Shown here: positions 25,973 to 36,582 of the stretch, piece by piece
Position numbering within the stretch: position 1 is the stretch's first letter
How the letters are laid out: the number at the start of each line of letters is the position of its first letter
DNA from: Candidatus Sigynarchaeum calidifontis
Lineage (GTDB): Archaea > Asgardarchaeota > Lokiarchaeia > Sigyniarchaeales > Sigyniarchaeaceae
Reading direction: 5' to 3'
NCBI GenBank assembly: GCA_030587475.2
Contig: JAUQYZ020000059.1
Span: 1-64,000 of the forward strand
Length of the DNA stretch: 64,000 nucleotides
Translations under genes and position numbers: made by a program
Notes under the pieces: model-generated
What the model was told of the DNA's origin: nothing
The model's database searches: none
The model's input: the letters and a program-made list of their open reading frames with translations, nothing else

Positions 25973-27472
25973 ATGGGAAAGCCTAAAAATGAGTTCACGT
26001 TTCTCCTCATCGATGCTTCCGAAACCATGAACCAACAATCGATCGTCGTTTCTCGCGATGACGAAGAGGACAAAAAGAAAAAGAAGGAGAAGGACAAGAG
26101 AAGGAGCGGTGACAAGCTTTCCCGGTTCGAGGCAGCAATTGAGGCATGCAAGACCATCGTCCTCACGAAAAAACGAAACGTCGAAACCGATAAGTTTGGA
26201 ATCATCGTCTATGATGATAGGGAATCGCGTCTCGTGATGGAGTTGTCGAACGATCACGACCAGCTCATCGCGAAGCTCGACTCTCTCCTTGTAAATAAAA
26301 ACGTGGGAACGAGCATCACGAAAAAAGGCGGCTTGGAAGGAGCTCTCGGCTTGAGCATCCAGCAGTTCGCCAACGCTCTCAAGTTCGTCGGGAATTTGAT
26401 GTTGCGCGTGTTCATCATCACCGATGACATGCACAGGGAGGGAATTTCCGCCGAGGAGAAGAAATATACCGAAATTAGCCGCGATATCGGAGTATACGTG
26501 GATATCCTTTACTTAGGCCCTGATCCGGAAAATAAAGGAATCGATGAGGAAGCCGACGCGGACGGATTTTTCGTGGACGAGCAAATAGATGATACCAGCT
26601 TGAGTTTCCAGGACATCGGTAGCGGGAGCGCCCTCTCCGCCGAGGACAGGGCAACGCTCGAAGAACAAGGCTTGCTCATTCCAGGTTTAAAACCAATGCA
26701 GAAATCTGGCAGTCCGGTTCAACACGTAGCACGCAAGAAAAAAATGCACAAGGATGTCCGCATGATCGCCGATCTCACGGACGGCATGTTCTACAACGCT
26801 GACCAGAACACGGCCACGCTCAACAAGTGGGCACGCAAGCTCGGCGACATCAAGGACCTGGAGGAGGGGCTGGAAGTGTTCGAGTCAGCGCCCGTGCGCC
26901 ACAAGAAACTCATGGCCGCGATCGCGGAGCAGCTCCAGACGCTCGACGTGACGGAGATCCAGGCGATCGCGCAGGGCAAGTCCCAGATCAAGTGCAACAT
27001 TTGCTTCAAGAAGGACACCCCAACGACGATGCGACGCTGTTCCTACTGCAAGCGGGAAATGCACCTGAGCTGTGTCATGAAGTGGGCGGAGCAGGACCAG
27101 GAAAAGGAAGAATCATTCATCTTTCGGTGCCCGTTCTGCTTCCACTTGCTCAAGGTCGATCCCAGCATCACGAAACTCATGGACTTGCAGACGATGCGCG
27201 CGAACGTGGCGAAGATGCAAGAATCCAAGGCTGCGGGAAAACCTCGCGAGGCATCGGCAATTTGCTTGCAGCCGGACGAGATCCAGGCCGTCTTCGACCC
27301 GTGCAACGTGTGCGGCTCGCTGCTCGAGCCCGAGGACTGCGTTTACCAGTGCTCCAATTGTAAAACGGTGTACCACAACCGGTGCTTCAACGCTACGCAA
27401 GAGAAGCCCGGCGAGTTCTACTGCCGCAAGTGCGGGTTCAAGTTCGGCCGAATCGATCCGCCAAACCGCTAG
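25973..27472 (+). CDS. vWA-domain protein with two C-terminal C4HC3 zinc fingers (RING-variant/PHD-like)
   Basis: LLIDASETM MIDAS-like strand, SRFEAA, RVFIITD; fingers CNIC..CSYC..HLSC..CPFC and CNVC..CSNC..HNRC..CRKC. Confidence 0.85.
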   Translation: MGKPKNEFTFLLIDASETMNQQSIVVSRDDEEDKKKKKEKDKRRSGDKLSRFEAAIEACKTIVLTKKRNVETDKFGIIVYDDRESRLVMELSNDHDQLIAKLDSLLVNKNVGTSITKKGGLEGALGLSIQQFANALKFVGNLMLRVFIITDDMHREGISAEEKKYTEISRDIGVYVDILYLGPDPENKGIDEEADADGFFVDEQIDDTSLSFQDIGSGSALSAEDRATLEEQGLLIPGLKPMQKSGSPVQHVARKKKMHKDVRMIADLTDGMFYNADQNTATLNKWARKLGDIKDLEEGLEVFESAPVRHKKLMAAIAEQLQTLDVTEIQAIAQGKSQIKCNICFKKDTPTTMRRCSYCKREMHLSCVMKWAEQDQEKEESFIFRCPFCFHLLKVDPSITKLMDLQTMRANVAKMQESKAAGKPREASAICLQPDEIQAVFDPCNVCGSLLEPEDCVYQCSNCKTVYHNRCFNATQEKPGEFYCRKCGFKFGRIDPPNR

Positions 27473-27625
27473 GCCGATGGCGGTTTCATCATCTTTACTC
27501 ACGTCGCTTCTTGCAAGCGTTTTCAAACGGGATTCTTTGTCATTATATGCATGTTGTTCAAGCGCACCAATTTGTAGACCGCTGCTCGATGTTGTCGCAT
27601 TTTAATTAGAAAGTTTCGATAATCC

Positions 27626-28753
27626 ATGCCCACCACGGAAGATAGGATTGCCGACCTGGAAGCGTTGTTGAAGTCGACCATCCCCAATAAACACACGATG
27701 AAGAGCATCCTCACGCTCAGGGCAAATATTGCCAAGTTGCGGCGCGAGCTCGTGAAGGAAATCAGCTCGAAAGGCGGTGGAGGCACGGGATTTGCGGTCA
27801 AGAAGGCAGGCGATGCGCAAGTCGGGTTCATCGGTTTTCCATCCACGGGCAAGTCAACGTTGCTCAATATCTTGACCGAAGGCGACACGGATTCGAAAGT
27901 GGCAGCATATGACTTCACGACCATCGATTGCGTGCCTGGAATGATGAATTACGAGAAGTTAAAAATCCAGTTGCTCGATTTGCCTGGCATAATTCTCGGC
28001 GCGTCGCGCGGGAAAGGTAGAGGGAGAGAAATCCTCGCCGTGCTCCGCTCCGTCGATGGCATCATGATCATCCTCGATTTTGACTACGAGGGCAGGTTAA
28101 ATCTGGAGCGCCTCAAGATCATCAAGCAGGAACTCTACAACATCGGCATTCGCATGAATCGCAAGCCGCCTAATATCAGCATAAAATACACGCACAAGGG
28201 CGGCATTGGCATGGCCAGTGGGGTCAAGCTCACCCAGCTCAACCCGGACTATGTCAAGACGATATTGTCCGAATACAATATAACGAACGCGCAGTTGACA
28301 TTCTACGAGGATTCCTCGCCCGACGACTTGATCGACACGATCCTCGGGAACTGCATTTACGTGCCTGCTTTCATCGTCGTGAACAAGATCGACATTGCAG
28401 CGCCAGACGAAGTTGTCAAGCTGCCCGAGTTGCTCAAGGGCGAGGATTGGATAGCGGTATCGGGCATGACGCGATACAACATCGACGCGCTCAAGGCCAA
28501 GCTCGTTGCCAAGCTAGATCTCATGCGCGTGTACCTCAAGCCTCGCGATAAAGAGCCCGACATGGAGAAGCCCATGATCCTCAAGAACCGGTCGACCGTA
28601 CGTGATGCATGTAACAAGATCCACAAGGATTTCTCGCGAAATTTCCGCTTCGCGAAAGTCTGGGGAAAGAGCGCCAAGCACCCAGGCCAGATCGTGCATT
28701 TATCCCACGTGTTGCAAGACGGGGACATCTTGACGATCTTCTTGCGGGGTTAA
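27626..28753 (+). CDS. drg: DRG/Rbg-family OBG-class GTPase with TGS domain
   Basis: GFAVKKAGDA, GFPSTGKST, YDFTT, DLPGII, NKID, AKVWGKSAKHPGQ. Confidence 0.95.
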   Translation: MPTTEDRIADLEALLKSTIPNKHTMKSILTLRANIAKLRRELVKEISSKGGGGTGFAVKKAGDAQVGFIGFPSTGKSTLLNILTEGDTDSKVAAYDFTTIDCVPGMMNYEKLKIQLLDLPGIILGASRGKGRGREILAVLRSVDGIMIILDFDYEGRLNLERLKIIKQELYNIGIRMNRKPPNISIKYTHKGGIGMASGVKLTQLNPDYVKTILSEYNITNAQLTFYEDSSPDDLIDTILGNCIYVPAFIVVNKIDIAAPDEVVKLPELLKGEDWIAVSGMTRYNIDALKAKLVAKLDLMRVYLKPRDKEPDMEKPMILKNRSTVRDACNKIHKDFSRNFRFAKVWGKSAKHPGQIVHLSHVLQDGDILTIFLRG

Positions 28754-28881
28754 AAATGTTAAAAAAAAGCGTGTCATTGTCATTCGCGCTGATAACCATT
28801 TTTGATGCGGGTTCGCGATTTGTGCATTTTCCTCCATGATATCAAGGTATTATGAAAAGAACTGATAATGATTGAGTCTCT

Positions 28882-29826
28882 ATGTCTTCCCAGAAGATCG
28901 AGGATCTCGAAGATTCGTTCAATAGCCTCACGAAGGATATTGCCGAGGCCCGGGCAAAGCGTGACGAGTTTAACAGCACGACACATGAATTGATCCGGAT
29001 GATCAAGGAGCTTAACTCCAAGATCAAGGAGCATCTCAAAAAGGCCCAAGAACTGAAGGAAAAGCGAGACCTTTTTAACGAGAACGTGCAAGCAGCAAAA
29101 AATAATCGGATAACCACGCAGATTGCGCTCGAGGAACTTCGCAAGAAGCTGAACGAGATCAGGGACAAGAACAAGGAGATTCCCCAGATCACGAGGGACC
29201 AGCAAGCGCAGATAAAAAAGCTGCGCAGCGCCGTTCGAGCTCGCAACATGGAGATAGAAACTGCCGCTAGCTTGAGTCCCCAGGAAGAAGATCGGCTTAT
29301 CAAGGAAATTGAAGAATTGGAAGGCAAGCTTGGCGAGCTCACGAAAGGCAGCGAGGCACGCCGCGAGTACGGCAAGGTTCTTGCCCAGTTCCCTGCATAC
29401 AAGATGCAGCTGAAAAAATACCATGACGAGGTCATCTTGAATTCCCAGGAATCCCAGAAATACCACGAGCTCATGCTCAAGGAGTACCAGGCCGTCGATG
29501 CATTGCGCGAGAAGATCTCGTCGTTGGAGAAGGAATTGAACGATAACAAGAAAAAAGCGGATCAATACCATGCCCAATTACTTGGGTTTTACAAGAAGCG
29601 CGATGGAATGCGCGACGAGATCTTGAGCACGCAGCGGGAGATGCGCGTGCAGCGCCGCAAGGAGCGTGGGAACGTCGCTATTTTGCTTCGCCGGCTGGCG
29701 AAAGAACGCATGGAGCGCGGCGAGAAACTCGATTACATCGCGTTCCGCTTGTTGCTCGAGAAGGGCGAGGTCGAGACCGAAGACGACGAGGAGTCGCCCG
29801 GCACGGCAAACGCTGTCACGCATTAG
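28882..29826 (+). CDS. Archaeal coiled-coil protein (COG1340/DUF342-like)
   Basis: All-helical K/E-rich; KRDEFN, ELKEKRD, LSPQEE..LI..I.ELE, ADQYH, GEKL..AFRLL. Confidence 0.8.
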   Translation: MSSQKIEDLEDSFNSLTKDIAEARAKRDEFNSTTHELIRMIKELNSKIKEHLKKAQELKEKRDLFNENVQAAKNNRITTQIALEELRKKLNEIRDKNKEIPQITRDQQAQIKKLRSAVRARNMEIETAASLSPQEEDRLIKEIEELEGKLGELTKGSEARREYGKVLAQFPAYKMQLKKYHDEVILNSQESQKYHELMLKEYQAVDALREKISSLEKELNDNKKKADQYHAQLLGFYKKRDGMRDEILSTQREMRVQRRKERGNVAILLRRLAKERMERGEKLDYIAFRLLLEKGEVETEDDEESPGTANAVTH

Positions 29827-30301
29827 ATTCTTGAATTCTTCGCACTTTCGATATCATTCTTGTTTTTTCGGGGAATTGGAAAATCAATCCCTGAAAAAAA
29901 CGGGTTTTACTTTTCAACTGTCCTTATCAAAAAGGCGATAAAAAATATTTATCCCAAGTTTAGAATTGATGAAGGTAAAGTGGTAACGAAATGGCCGAAG
30001 CAACGGTTGTCATCCATGAATATAGAGTACTTTTACATTTAATGGCAAACCACTCGTTCTGGTTTTATATCCCGGTGCGCTTCACGAGTGTAATGTCGTC
30101 CATTGGAGATATTCAAAACCTGGCGATTTGAAATCAAGAAATCTGTTATGATCAGACGTTTTGCTTAATGAAACACCACGTGTTCGTTTCTCTCATTTAA
30201 TTATGCATTTCTGTCGGCGTTCCGGCTCCCCCCGCTCGGAATGATATCTCGGCGTGCGGTAATGATTTATACCGACATGACCAATGATCCCCTCGAGTTC
30301 C

Positions 30302-32089
30302 ATGCCCGTTTTGCAACCGAGGGATTACCAGGAAAATGCGCGAGACCAGATCATCGCGAAAATCGACGATGGTATCCGCAAGATCATCTGCTATCTTCCA
30401 ACCGGCATGGGAAAGACCCTCATCGCCATCATCACGATCCAGCACCTCGTTGAAAACGAGTACCTCAAGCCAGATGATAAAGTACTGTTCCTCGTTGCGG
30501 ACCGGAAGCTGAAGCACCAGCTGCACGACATGGCATCGAACGCGGGTCTCGGCAATTACGGCAACTTGTTCATCCTCCCCGAGGGGCAAGATTACCCGGC
30601 ATATCTCGTCCGCCAGCACGCCGCGATGTCGCGGTTCATCTTCGCGACACCCATCTTGTTCACCAACGCGGTCATCGCGCGGTCGGCGGCGACGCAGAAG
30701 CTCGATAAATCCATTCTCCAGCAGATCAAGGTCGTCATCATCGACGAGGTTCTCGATGTGCTCGCGCAATCCTACGGCAAGAAGCGCACGAAAGAGGAAA
30801 CGATCGCGTATGTCAAGAAGATGTTTAACGTCGACGATTACGACGCGTTCTTGCAAGAAATGGCGCAACGTTACGAGATCCAGCCTCAACAAGTCGAGAT
30901 GCTGCTTGAAAAAGAGTTTTCGCCCCGGTACTATCGCATGAACGCGACCTTCGAGCCCGTGCTCAAGCTGCTTCAAATCCTCGACCCGAAATCGAGCGTG
31001 ATCACGATCGGCCTCACGGCCTCGGTCACGCAACAAGCAAAGCGCGAGATCCTCGTCGAACGTCTCGGAGGGAATGAAAACGTCGCCGAGATCATCCCCA
31101 CGGGTGATGACTACGAGAATTACCGTCCATCGATCGTACTCAAGAAGATCCGCGTTATCGACGACGAGATCTCAAAGTTGGATACCTTGATCCAGGAACT
31201 CAAGTCATCCGCCTTGGCCACGATCAAGAAAGCGTACAAGGATGCCACGAATAATCCAGACCTGCCCAGCGATCGCATCCTCTTGTTCGTGACCGAGTTC
31301 CTCGCCAAGAAGGACTTGCGAGACCGGATCGCAACGCGGCTCAAGGAGCGTGGCATGGCCCCGGGCGAGATCGACGAGACCATGAAGCGTTACACGACCA
31401 CCTCGTCGGCATACCTCCTGCTCACCGTGGGACGGCAGAAATTGCTCGAGGACACGATACAATCGTTCTATAAATTCGTCAAGGGCGTGAAAAACACGTT
31501 CTTGACTTCGAGCGACGCATTCAAGCAGATAGTTGCAGTGATTACAGCACGCATGGATATGCTACGGAAGGACAAATCCCCCCTTTCAGAAAAGGACAAG
31601 AAACTCATCTACTGGGTGAAGCGGCTCGCCATGACCGAAGGAAAGAAAATCTTGATCATGGCCCGATTCGTCAACATGGTCGAACACATCCACGAGGTCC
31701 TCGCCGATCCCGCCAATGGTGGCGTGCCAGCCGTGCTGGTGCACGGCAAGATGAGCGGGGAACAACAGCACGAGCAAATAACGAGGTTCAAGACTTCGAA
31801 CGATATCAAGGTGCTCGTCGCCAGCGAGCGGCTCATCGAAAAAGGTACCGACCTTCCCGAAGCGGACATCGCGTTCTATTACGGGTCAACCATCTCTCTC
31901 GAGCGGTACGAGCAGAGTCTCGGCCGCATCCGGTCGACTATCTTGCACGAGAAGACGGCTTACACGATTTCATACAATTTAACCGTTGAAGCCGAGAAAA
32001 GCGCAAAGCGTGACGCGGCGTTCATCGAGCTGCTGGAGAGGGGTTCGAAACGGGGGCTCATCGTGTCCATGAGCGAGGGGGCCGAGTGA
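30302..32089 (+). CDS. SF2 helicase, Hef/Mph1(ERCC4-like helicase)-related, no nuclease domain
   Basis: PRDYQ, LPTGMGKT, IIDEV, GLTAS, HGKMS..QQ, GTDLPE, EQSLGR. Confidence 0.85.
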   Translation: MPVLQPRDYQENARDQIIAKIDDGIRKIICYLPTGMGKTLIAIITIQHLVENEYLKPDDKVLFLVADRKLKHQLHDMASNAGLGNYGNLFILPEGQDYPAYLVRQHAAMSRFIFATPILFTNAVIARSAATQKLDKSILQQIKVVIIDEVLDVLAQSYGKKRTKEETIAYVKKMFNVDDYDAFLQEMAQRYEIQPQQVEMLLEKEFSPRYYRMNATFEPVLKLLQILDPKSSVITIGLTASVTQQAKREILVERLGGNENVAEIIPTGDDYENYRPSIVLKKIRVIDDEISKLDTLIQELKSSALATIKKAYKDATNNPDLPSDRILLFVTEFLAKKDLRDRIATRLKERGMAPGEIDETMKRYTTTSSAYLLLTVGRQKLLEDTIQSFYKFVKGVKNTFLTSSDAFKQIVAVITARMDMLRKDKSPLSEKDKKLIYWVKRLAMTEGKKILIMARFVNMVEHIHEVLADPANGGVPAVLVHGKMSGEQQHEQITRFKTSNDIKVLVASERLIEKGTDLPEADIAFYYGSTISLERYEQSLGRIRSTILHEKTAYTISYNLTVEAEKSAKRDAAFIELLERGSKRGLIVSMSEGAE

Positions 32090-32261
32090 AGATATTTATA
32101 AGTGGAATTATATAAGATGACATGTGGGAATTGCTCGCGTGCACCATGTCATGTCGGTTTTTCAGACGCACGCGCTCAGGAAACATAAAGCAAGTGAAAC
32201 TAGTAGCGATTCGGCACCCCGCGAGTGACATTCGGACGATGGATAAGGTGCGTGGACATCG

Positions 32262-32927
32262 ATGACGACATCAAAGGTTCTCTTCATAGGCCCTCCGGAG
32301 GCCGGCAAAACAACATTGCGAAAATTTCTCTTCGAGGGCATTCCAGCACAAGAATTATTGGAGCATCCAGAAACTCCAACTGTTGGATTGAAGTACAACG
32401 CGTACGCGTACGTGTCGACGAGACGGGCCGACAAGGACAAGAAGATTAAGAAGGGAGAGGTGGTCCCGATTTCGCTGAGCGTCGTGGATTCCGCCGGGCA
32501 AAACCTCGATGAATGGCTGAACGAGCGCAAGGACCGCGTGTTCCCGGGCGCCGACGTGATTTTCTTTATATTTGACGTTAGCGATTGGTTGAATGATGAA
32601 AAACGAAAGAATCTTTGCGATCTCGTCATGCGCATCTACAACGCCAGGCTGGAACTCGCTCCAGAGAGTAGCTTCTACATCGTAGGCCACAAGTTCGACA
32701 AGATTCCCGAAGGGAAGACTTACCGGGATGCAATGGCCAAGCGCGTCAAGCGCGAGCTGAATGAATATATTTTTGACAAGATGTTGAAATATCTCGATTT
32801 CAACGTCTATCTCACGAGCATCCAAGAGGAATTCGCCGACGAGGCCTTCCTCACGCTCATCAACCTCACGACCGACTTGCTCGCGCGTGCCGAACCTCCT
32901 CCCCCATCCCGGTTATCCCCTTATTAA
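32262..32927 (+). CDS. Small GTPase, Rag/Gtr-like
   Basis: G1 GPPEAGKT, G2 PT, G3 DSAGQ, IFFIFD, G4 HKFD, G5 TSI. Confidence 0.85.
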   Translation: MTTSKVLFIGPPEAGKTTLRKFLFEGIPAQELLEHPETPTVGLKYNAYAYVSTRRADKDKKIKKGEVVPISLSVVDSAGQNLDEWLNERKDRVFPGADVIFFIFDVSDWLNDEKRKNLCDLVMRIYNARLELAPESSFYIVGHKFDKIPEGKTYRDAMAKRVKRELNEYIFDKMLKYLDFNVYLTSIQEEFADEAFLTLINLTTDLLARAEPPPPSRLSPY

Positions 32928-33064
32928 AAAAGATCCCTGCATCCTTCTCTAAAACATGTAACCGCCCCGGGTTCACCCTCGTCCCGAAAAAATGACTACC
33001 CATAGCGATCTTTATTTTATGCCGGGTCGATATTGTGGTAGGATAAGAAGGAGGCAATGAAATC

Positions 33065-33442
33065 ATGTCATCATTTGAAGAGAAATACCGGAAAGCAAAG
33101 GAAGCGGAGGCTCGCAGGAGCAGCGAGGCCAACATGGATCCCGTCGAGTCGCGAAAGCAGCACGACAAGATGGATTACTTGTTCACGGTGCAGGTCGCCA
33201 AGAAGATTTTTGATTACGACGTCCGGCGGGATCTCATCGAGGATTTCAAGAACTTGTCGCTCGCCGAGAAGAAGGATTTCCTCAAGCGTGAATATGGCAT
33301 AGATCCCGATAGCGAGTTGGTGGATCTCAAGCCCGCCGAGCTCAAGCACCAGCAATATGACGAGTCAAAGCGCGACTTGAAGGTGCCCGTGTGCCGCATG
33401 TGCGGGAAACCGCACAACCCGTTCGAAACTTGCTTTGGCTGA
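33065..33442 (+). CDS. Hypothetical protein with C-terminal CCHC zinc-binding motif
   Basis: Ends CRMCGKPHNPFETCFG; host-like codon usage. Confidence 0.75.
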   Translation: MSSFEEKYRKAKEAEARRSSEANMDPVESRKQHDKMDYLFTVQVAKKIFDYDVRRDLIEDFKNLSLAEKKDFLKREYGIDPDSELVDLKPAELKHQQYDESKRDLKVPVCRMCGKPHNPFETCFG

Positions 33443-33554
33443 GCCAAATTGCACGTCACCTTTCTTCTTCTTTGGATTTTTTCCGATTAGCTCGACTCGA
33501 GCGAAAAAATAGACATGATAAGAAAGTGGAAAAATAATATCATATTTCACGCGA

Positions 33555-35228
33555 TCACATCATGCCTGGTGGCATGCCGCCCATGCCACCCATGCCACCA
33601 GGACCACCTGGGCCACCGGGACCACCAGACGGTGGTGAGCTCTTCTGAGCGGCGATGACATCGTCGATGCGCAAGATAAGGGTCGCGCATTCCGCGGCGC
33701 TCTTTATTGCTTGTTTCTTGACGAGTGCGGGCTCTATGACCGCTTCTGCTAGCATGTCCGTGACATGTTCGGCTTCATTGAGCACGCTCACGCCAACATT
33801 GGCCTTGCCGCTGCCGTGCGCGCTGCGGAGCTTCATGAGGATGTCGATCTGGTCGAGACCGGCATTTTCAGCGAGCGTCTTCGGGATAATCTCGATCGCG
33901 TCGGCAAATGCCTTGACCGCGAGCTGTTCCCGGCCGGACATCGTTTCCGCGAACGATCGCAAGCCCATGGCAATTTCCATCTCGACCGCACCACCGCCCA
34001 CGACCACGGCGTTTTCCACGACGACATCCTTCACGACGCACAGGCCATCGTGGAGGGAGCGCTCGTTCTCGTCGGCGATCTGGTCAGAACCACCACGTAC
34101 CATTATAACGACGGACTTGGGGTTCTTGCACTGTTCGACGAAGACCATGTAGTCATCGAGCACCTTGCGCTCCTCGACAAGACCCGCATAACCAAGGTCG
34201 GCTGGCGTGAGGTCCTTGAGGCGGGTGATGATCTTGCCACCCGTCGCGCGGGCCAGCTTGTCCATGTCGGATTTCTTGATGCGGCGCACCGCCATGATGC
34301 CCTTCTTCGCCAGGAAATGCTGGGCGAGGTCATCGATACCCTTCTGGCAGAACACCGCGTTTGCACCGGACTTGGCAACCGTCTCGACCATGTCCTGAAG
34401 CATCTTTTGTTCATTGTCGAGGAACAGCTGCATCTGCTCGGGAGAATTGATCTGGAGCTTGGCGTCGAACTCGGTCTTTTCTATCTCGAGCGCGGTCTCC
34501 AACAAGGCGATCTTGGCATTCTTGAGCAATTTCGGCATGCCCGAATGCACGACCTCCTTGTCGAGGATGATGCCTTCGATCAGGCGGGTTTGTTCGACAC
34601 CCTCGCCTTTCTTCTTGAGGATCTGGATGTTGTCGAGGTCGACGCTGTAGCCGGTCGCGGTTTTTTCGGCAACGGCCTTGATCGCCTTGACGGCCATGTC
34701 GGCGAGCATCTCGCGACTTTCGGTCACGGCCTTCGTGCCCATGGTCGTCATGGCGACCTTCTTCAACATGTCTTGATCATCGATGGATGCCTTGATCGAT
34801 ACCTTGTCGATGATCTTCAAGGCCTCGTCTGCTGCCTTGCGGTAACCCTCGGTGATGACCGTCGGGTGGATTTTCTGCTCGAGCAACTTCGCCGCCTGCT
34901 TGAGGAGCTCACCCGTGATGATGACCGAGGTGGTCGTGCCATCGCCGGTCTCCTCGTCTTGTGTCTTGGAAACCTCCACCATCATCTTCGCGGCAGGATG
35001 CTGGACGTCGATTTCCTTCATGATGGTCGCGCCATCATTCGTGATCACCACGTCACCGAACTGATCGACGAGCATTTTATCCAATCCAAGCGGGCCGAGT
35101 GATGTTCGTACCGAATCCGCGATCACACGAGCTGCATTGATGTTCTGCTGGATTGCATCCTTTCCTTTTTGCCTTTCTGTCCCTTCCTTCAAGATGAGGA
35201 TGGGCTGGCCTGCAAGATTGATTGCCAT
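33555..35228 (-). CDS. ths: Thermosome subunit (group II chaperonin)
   Basis: [47 protein letters not shown]; GGM-rich tail. Confidence 0.98.
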   Translation of the reverse strand: MAINLAGQPILILKEGTERQKGKDAIQQNINAARVIADSVRTSLGPLGLDKMLVDQFGDVVITNDGATIMKEIDVQHPAAKMMVEVSKTQDEETGDGTTTSVIITGELLKQAAKLLEQKIHPTVITEGYRKAADEALKIIDKVSIKASIDDQDMLKKVAMTTMGTKAVTESREMLADMAVKAIKAVAEKTATGYSVDLDNIQILKKKGEGVEQTRLIEGIILDKEVVHSGMPKLLKNAKIALLETALEIEKTEFDAKLQINSPEQMQLFLDNEQKMLQDMVETVAKSGANAVFCQKGIDDLAQHFLAKKGIMAVRRIKKSDMDKLARATGGKIITRLKDLTPADLGYAGLVEERKVLDDYMVFVEQCKNPKSVVIMVRGGSDQIADENERSLHDGLCVVKDVVVENAVVVGGGAVEMEIAMGLRSFAETMSGREQLAVKAFADAIEIIPKTLAENAGLDQIDILMKLRSAHGSGKANVGVSVLNEAEHVTDMLAEAVIEPALVKKQAIKSAAECATLILRIDDVIAAQKSSPPSGGPGGPGGPGGMGGMGGMPPGMM

Positions 35229-35517
35229 GTCGTACACCTTTCTTTCAGTTTTATTCTTGAAGAGTTTTAGCAATGCGAGAATTTCTTCTCCGCGACAAGT
35301 TTTCTTTTAGATGACGCGGCTATCGAGCATCAGCGCATCGCTATCAGTGAAGATAGATCTTACAAAAATTTCCTCAAAAAAAAGGTTTTGCGATTTAGAC
35401 TTCTATAAATAGCCCCCTCTATATCGAGGACAGAAGCCTTCTTGGCCGCGATGGAAGATCTCCACGTACCGGATATTTAAAAGGATGTCTAGTCACACTG
35501 ATCATTGGTGCATTCCC

Positions 35518-36009
35518 ATGATCTCCGATGCCGCGTTGAAAACTTTGCTCGTCATCCACGTGGGGTCGTTCGCGCCCCCGATCATAAAGCACATCAAGAA
35601 CCGGTTTATCCTCCACACGAGCAGCGCGAGTGACAACGAGAAAAAGATACTCGTCAACTTCGTCAATTTCAAGAAGGAAAAGATCAGCTTCAAGCCGTCA
35701 CCCAAGGAAATCATCGTGTCGCTCTACAACACCTTGAAGCTCGTTGCGGAGTACGTGCTCGCGTTGCACAAGGAGAAATACGACGAGACGACCAAGCACT
35801 TATTCACGAACGAAGTCGAGCGGGCGTGGGTACTCAACGTGAGGAAGCCCGTGTCCGATGAGATGCACGAGGGCTTGTTATGGGTCGAAAAGGTGCGCGA
35901 CGCGTGCGTGGTGGATGGCACGAATCCATCCGCTTCCGACTTGCTCTTGCTCGAAAACAAGGTCAAGCATGTACTTCGGGGATTCGATCCCGCCGCGTTG
36001 CCGCGGTAA
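35518..36009 (+). CDS. Hypothetical protein
   Basis: ORF with host codon bias; TTTAAA box upstream; start 35485 or 35518. Confidence 0.65.
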   Translation: MISDAALKTLLVIHVGSFAPPIIKHIKNRFILHTSSASDNEKKILVNFVNFKKEKISFKPSPKEIIVSLYNTLKLVAEYVLALHKEKYDETTKHLFTNEVERAWVLNVRKPVSDEMHEGLLWVEKVRDACVVDGTNPSASDLLLLENKVKHVLRGFDPAALPR

Positions 36010-36082
36010 AAGGGGAAAATAAAACAAGAATGAAAACAAGAATGGATATAATTCCTGTCTATCGATAGGTCGTTTGCGATGC

Positions 36083-36439
36083 TCACGTGCCGGTCGCTGA
36101 GGTGGCGGCCGTTGTCTCGCGTGCTTTCTCTGGAGGAGACACGAACTTGAAGTCACCACCTTCGATCTTGATGCCCTTGCCGTTCACGAGAGCATCGGCC
36201 ACTTTTTTCCGCGCGGCATTCAAGATGCGGGAAATCGTGGGTTGGCTGATCTTCATGAGTGCCGCAGCTTCATTTTGGGACTTGTCCTCGGCATCGATGA
36301 GGCGAATTGCCTCGAATTCGACGATCGTGAGCGTGTTGATGGCCAGACCTTCCATCGCCAAGCCTGCTGGCTTGAAGAGGGCGCGATCCTCGGGGATTGG
36401 TGCCCCGTGGATCATTTTCAGCTTTCGGGGTCTCGGCAT
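36083..36439 (-). CDS. DUF134 family HTH protein
   Basis: MPRPRK, FKPAG, EFEAIRLID, AAALMKISQPT, ARKKVADALVNGKGIKIEGG. Confidence 0.92.
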   Translation of the reverse strand: MPRPRKLKMIHGAPIPEDRALFKPAGLAMEGLAINTLTIVEFEAIRLIDAEDKSQNEAAALMKISQPTISRILNAARKKVADALVNGKGIKIEGGDFKFVSPPEKARETTAATSATGT

Positions 36440-36582
36440 GCTAATCCACCATCGATCTCCCGCTATAAAGGCCGTGGGAAAATGAACCCGCCCGGCGGGA
36501 GTATAGTATGTTATCATACTCGATAGAGGCTAATAAATGATACCTATTCACATAAAATATCGTCTAGCAAGGATTCCTGCCG

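Noticed and set aside
33558-33635. 9-bp tandem repeats
   Set aside because: Simply encode the ordinary GGP/GGM tail of the chaperonin.
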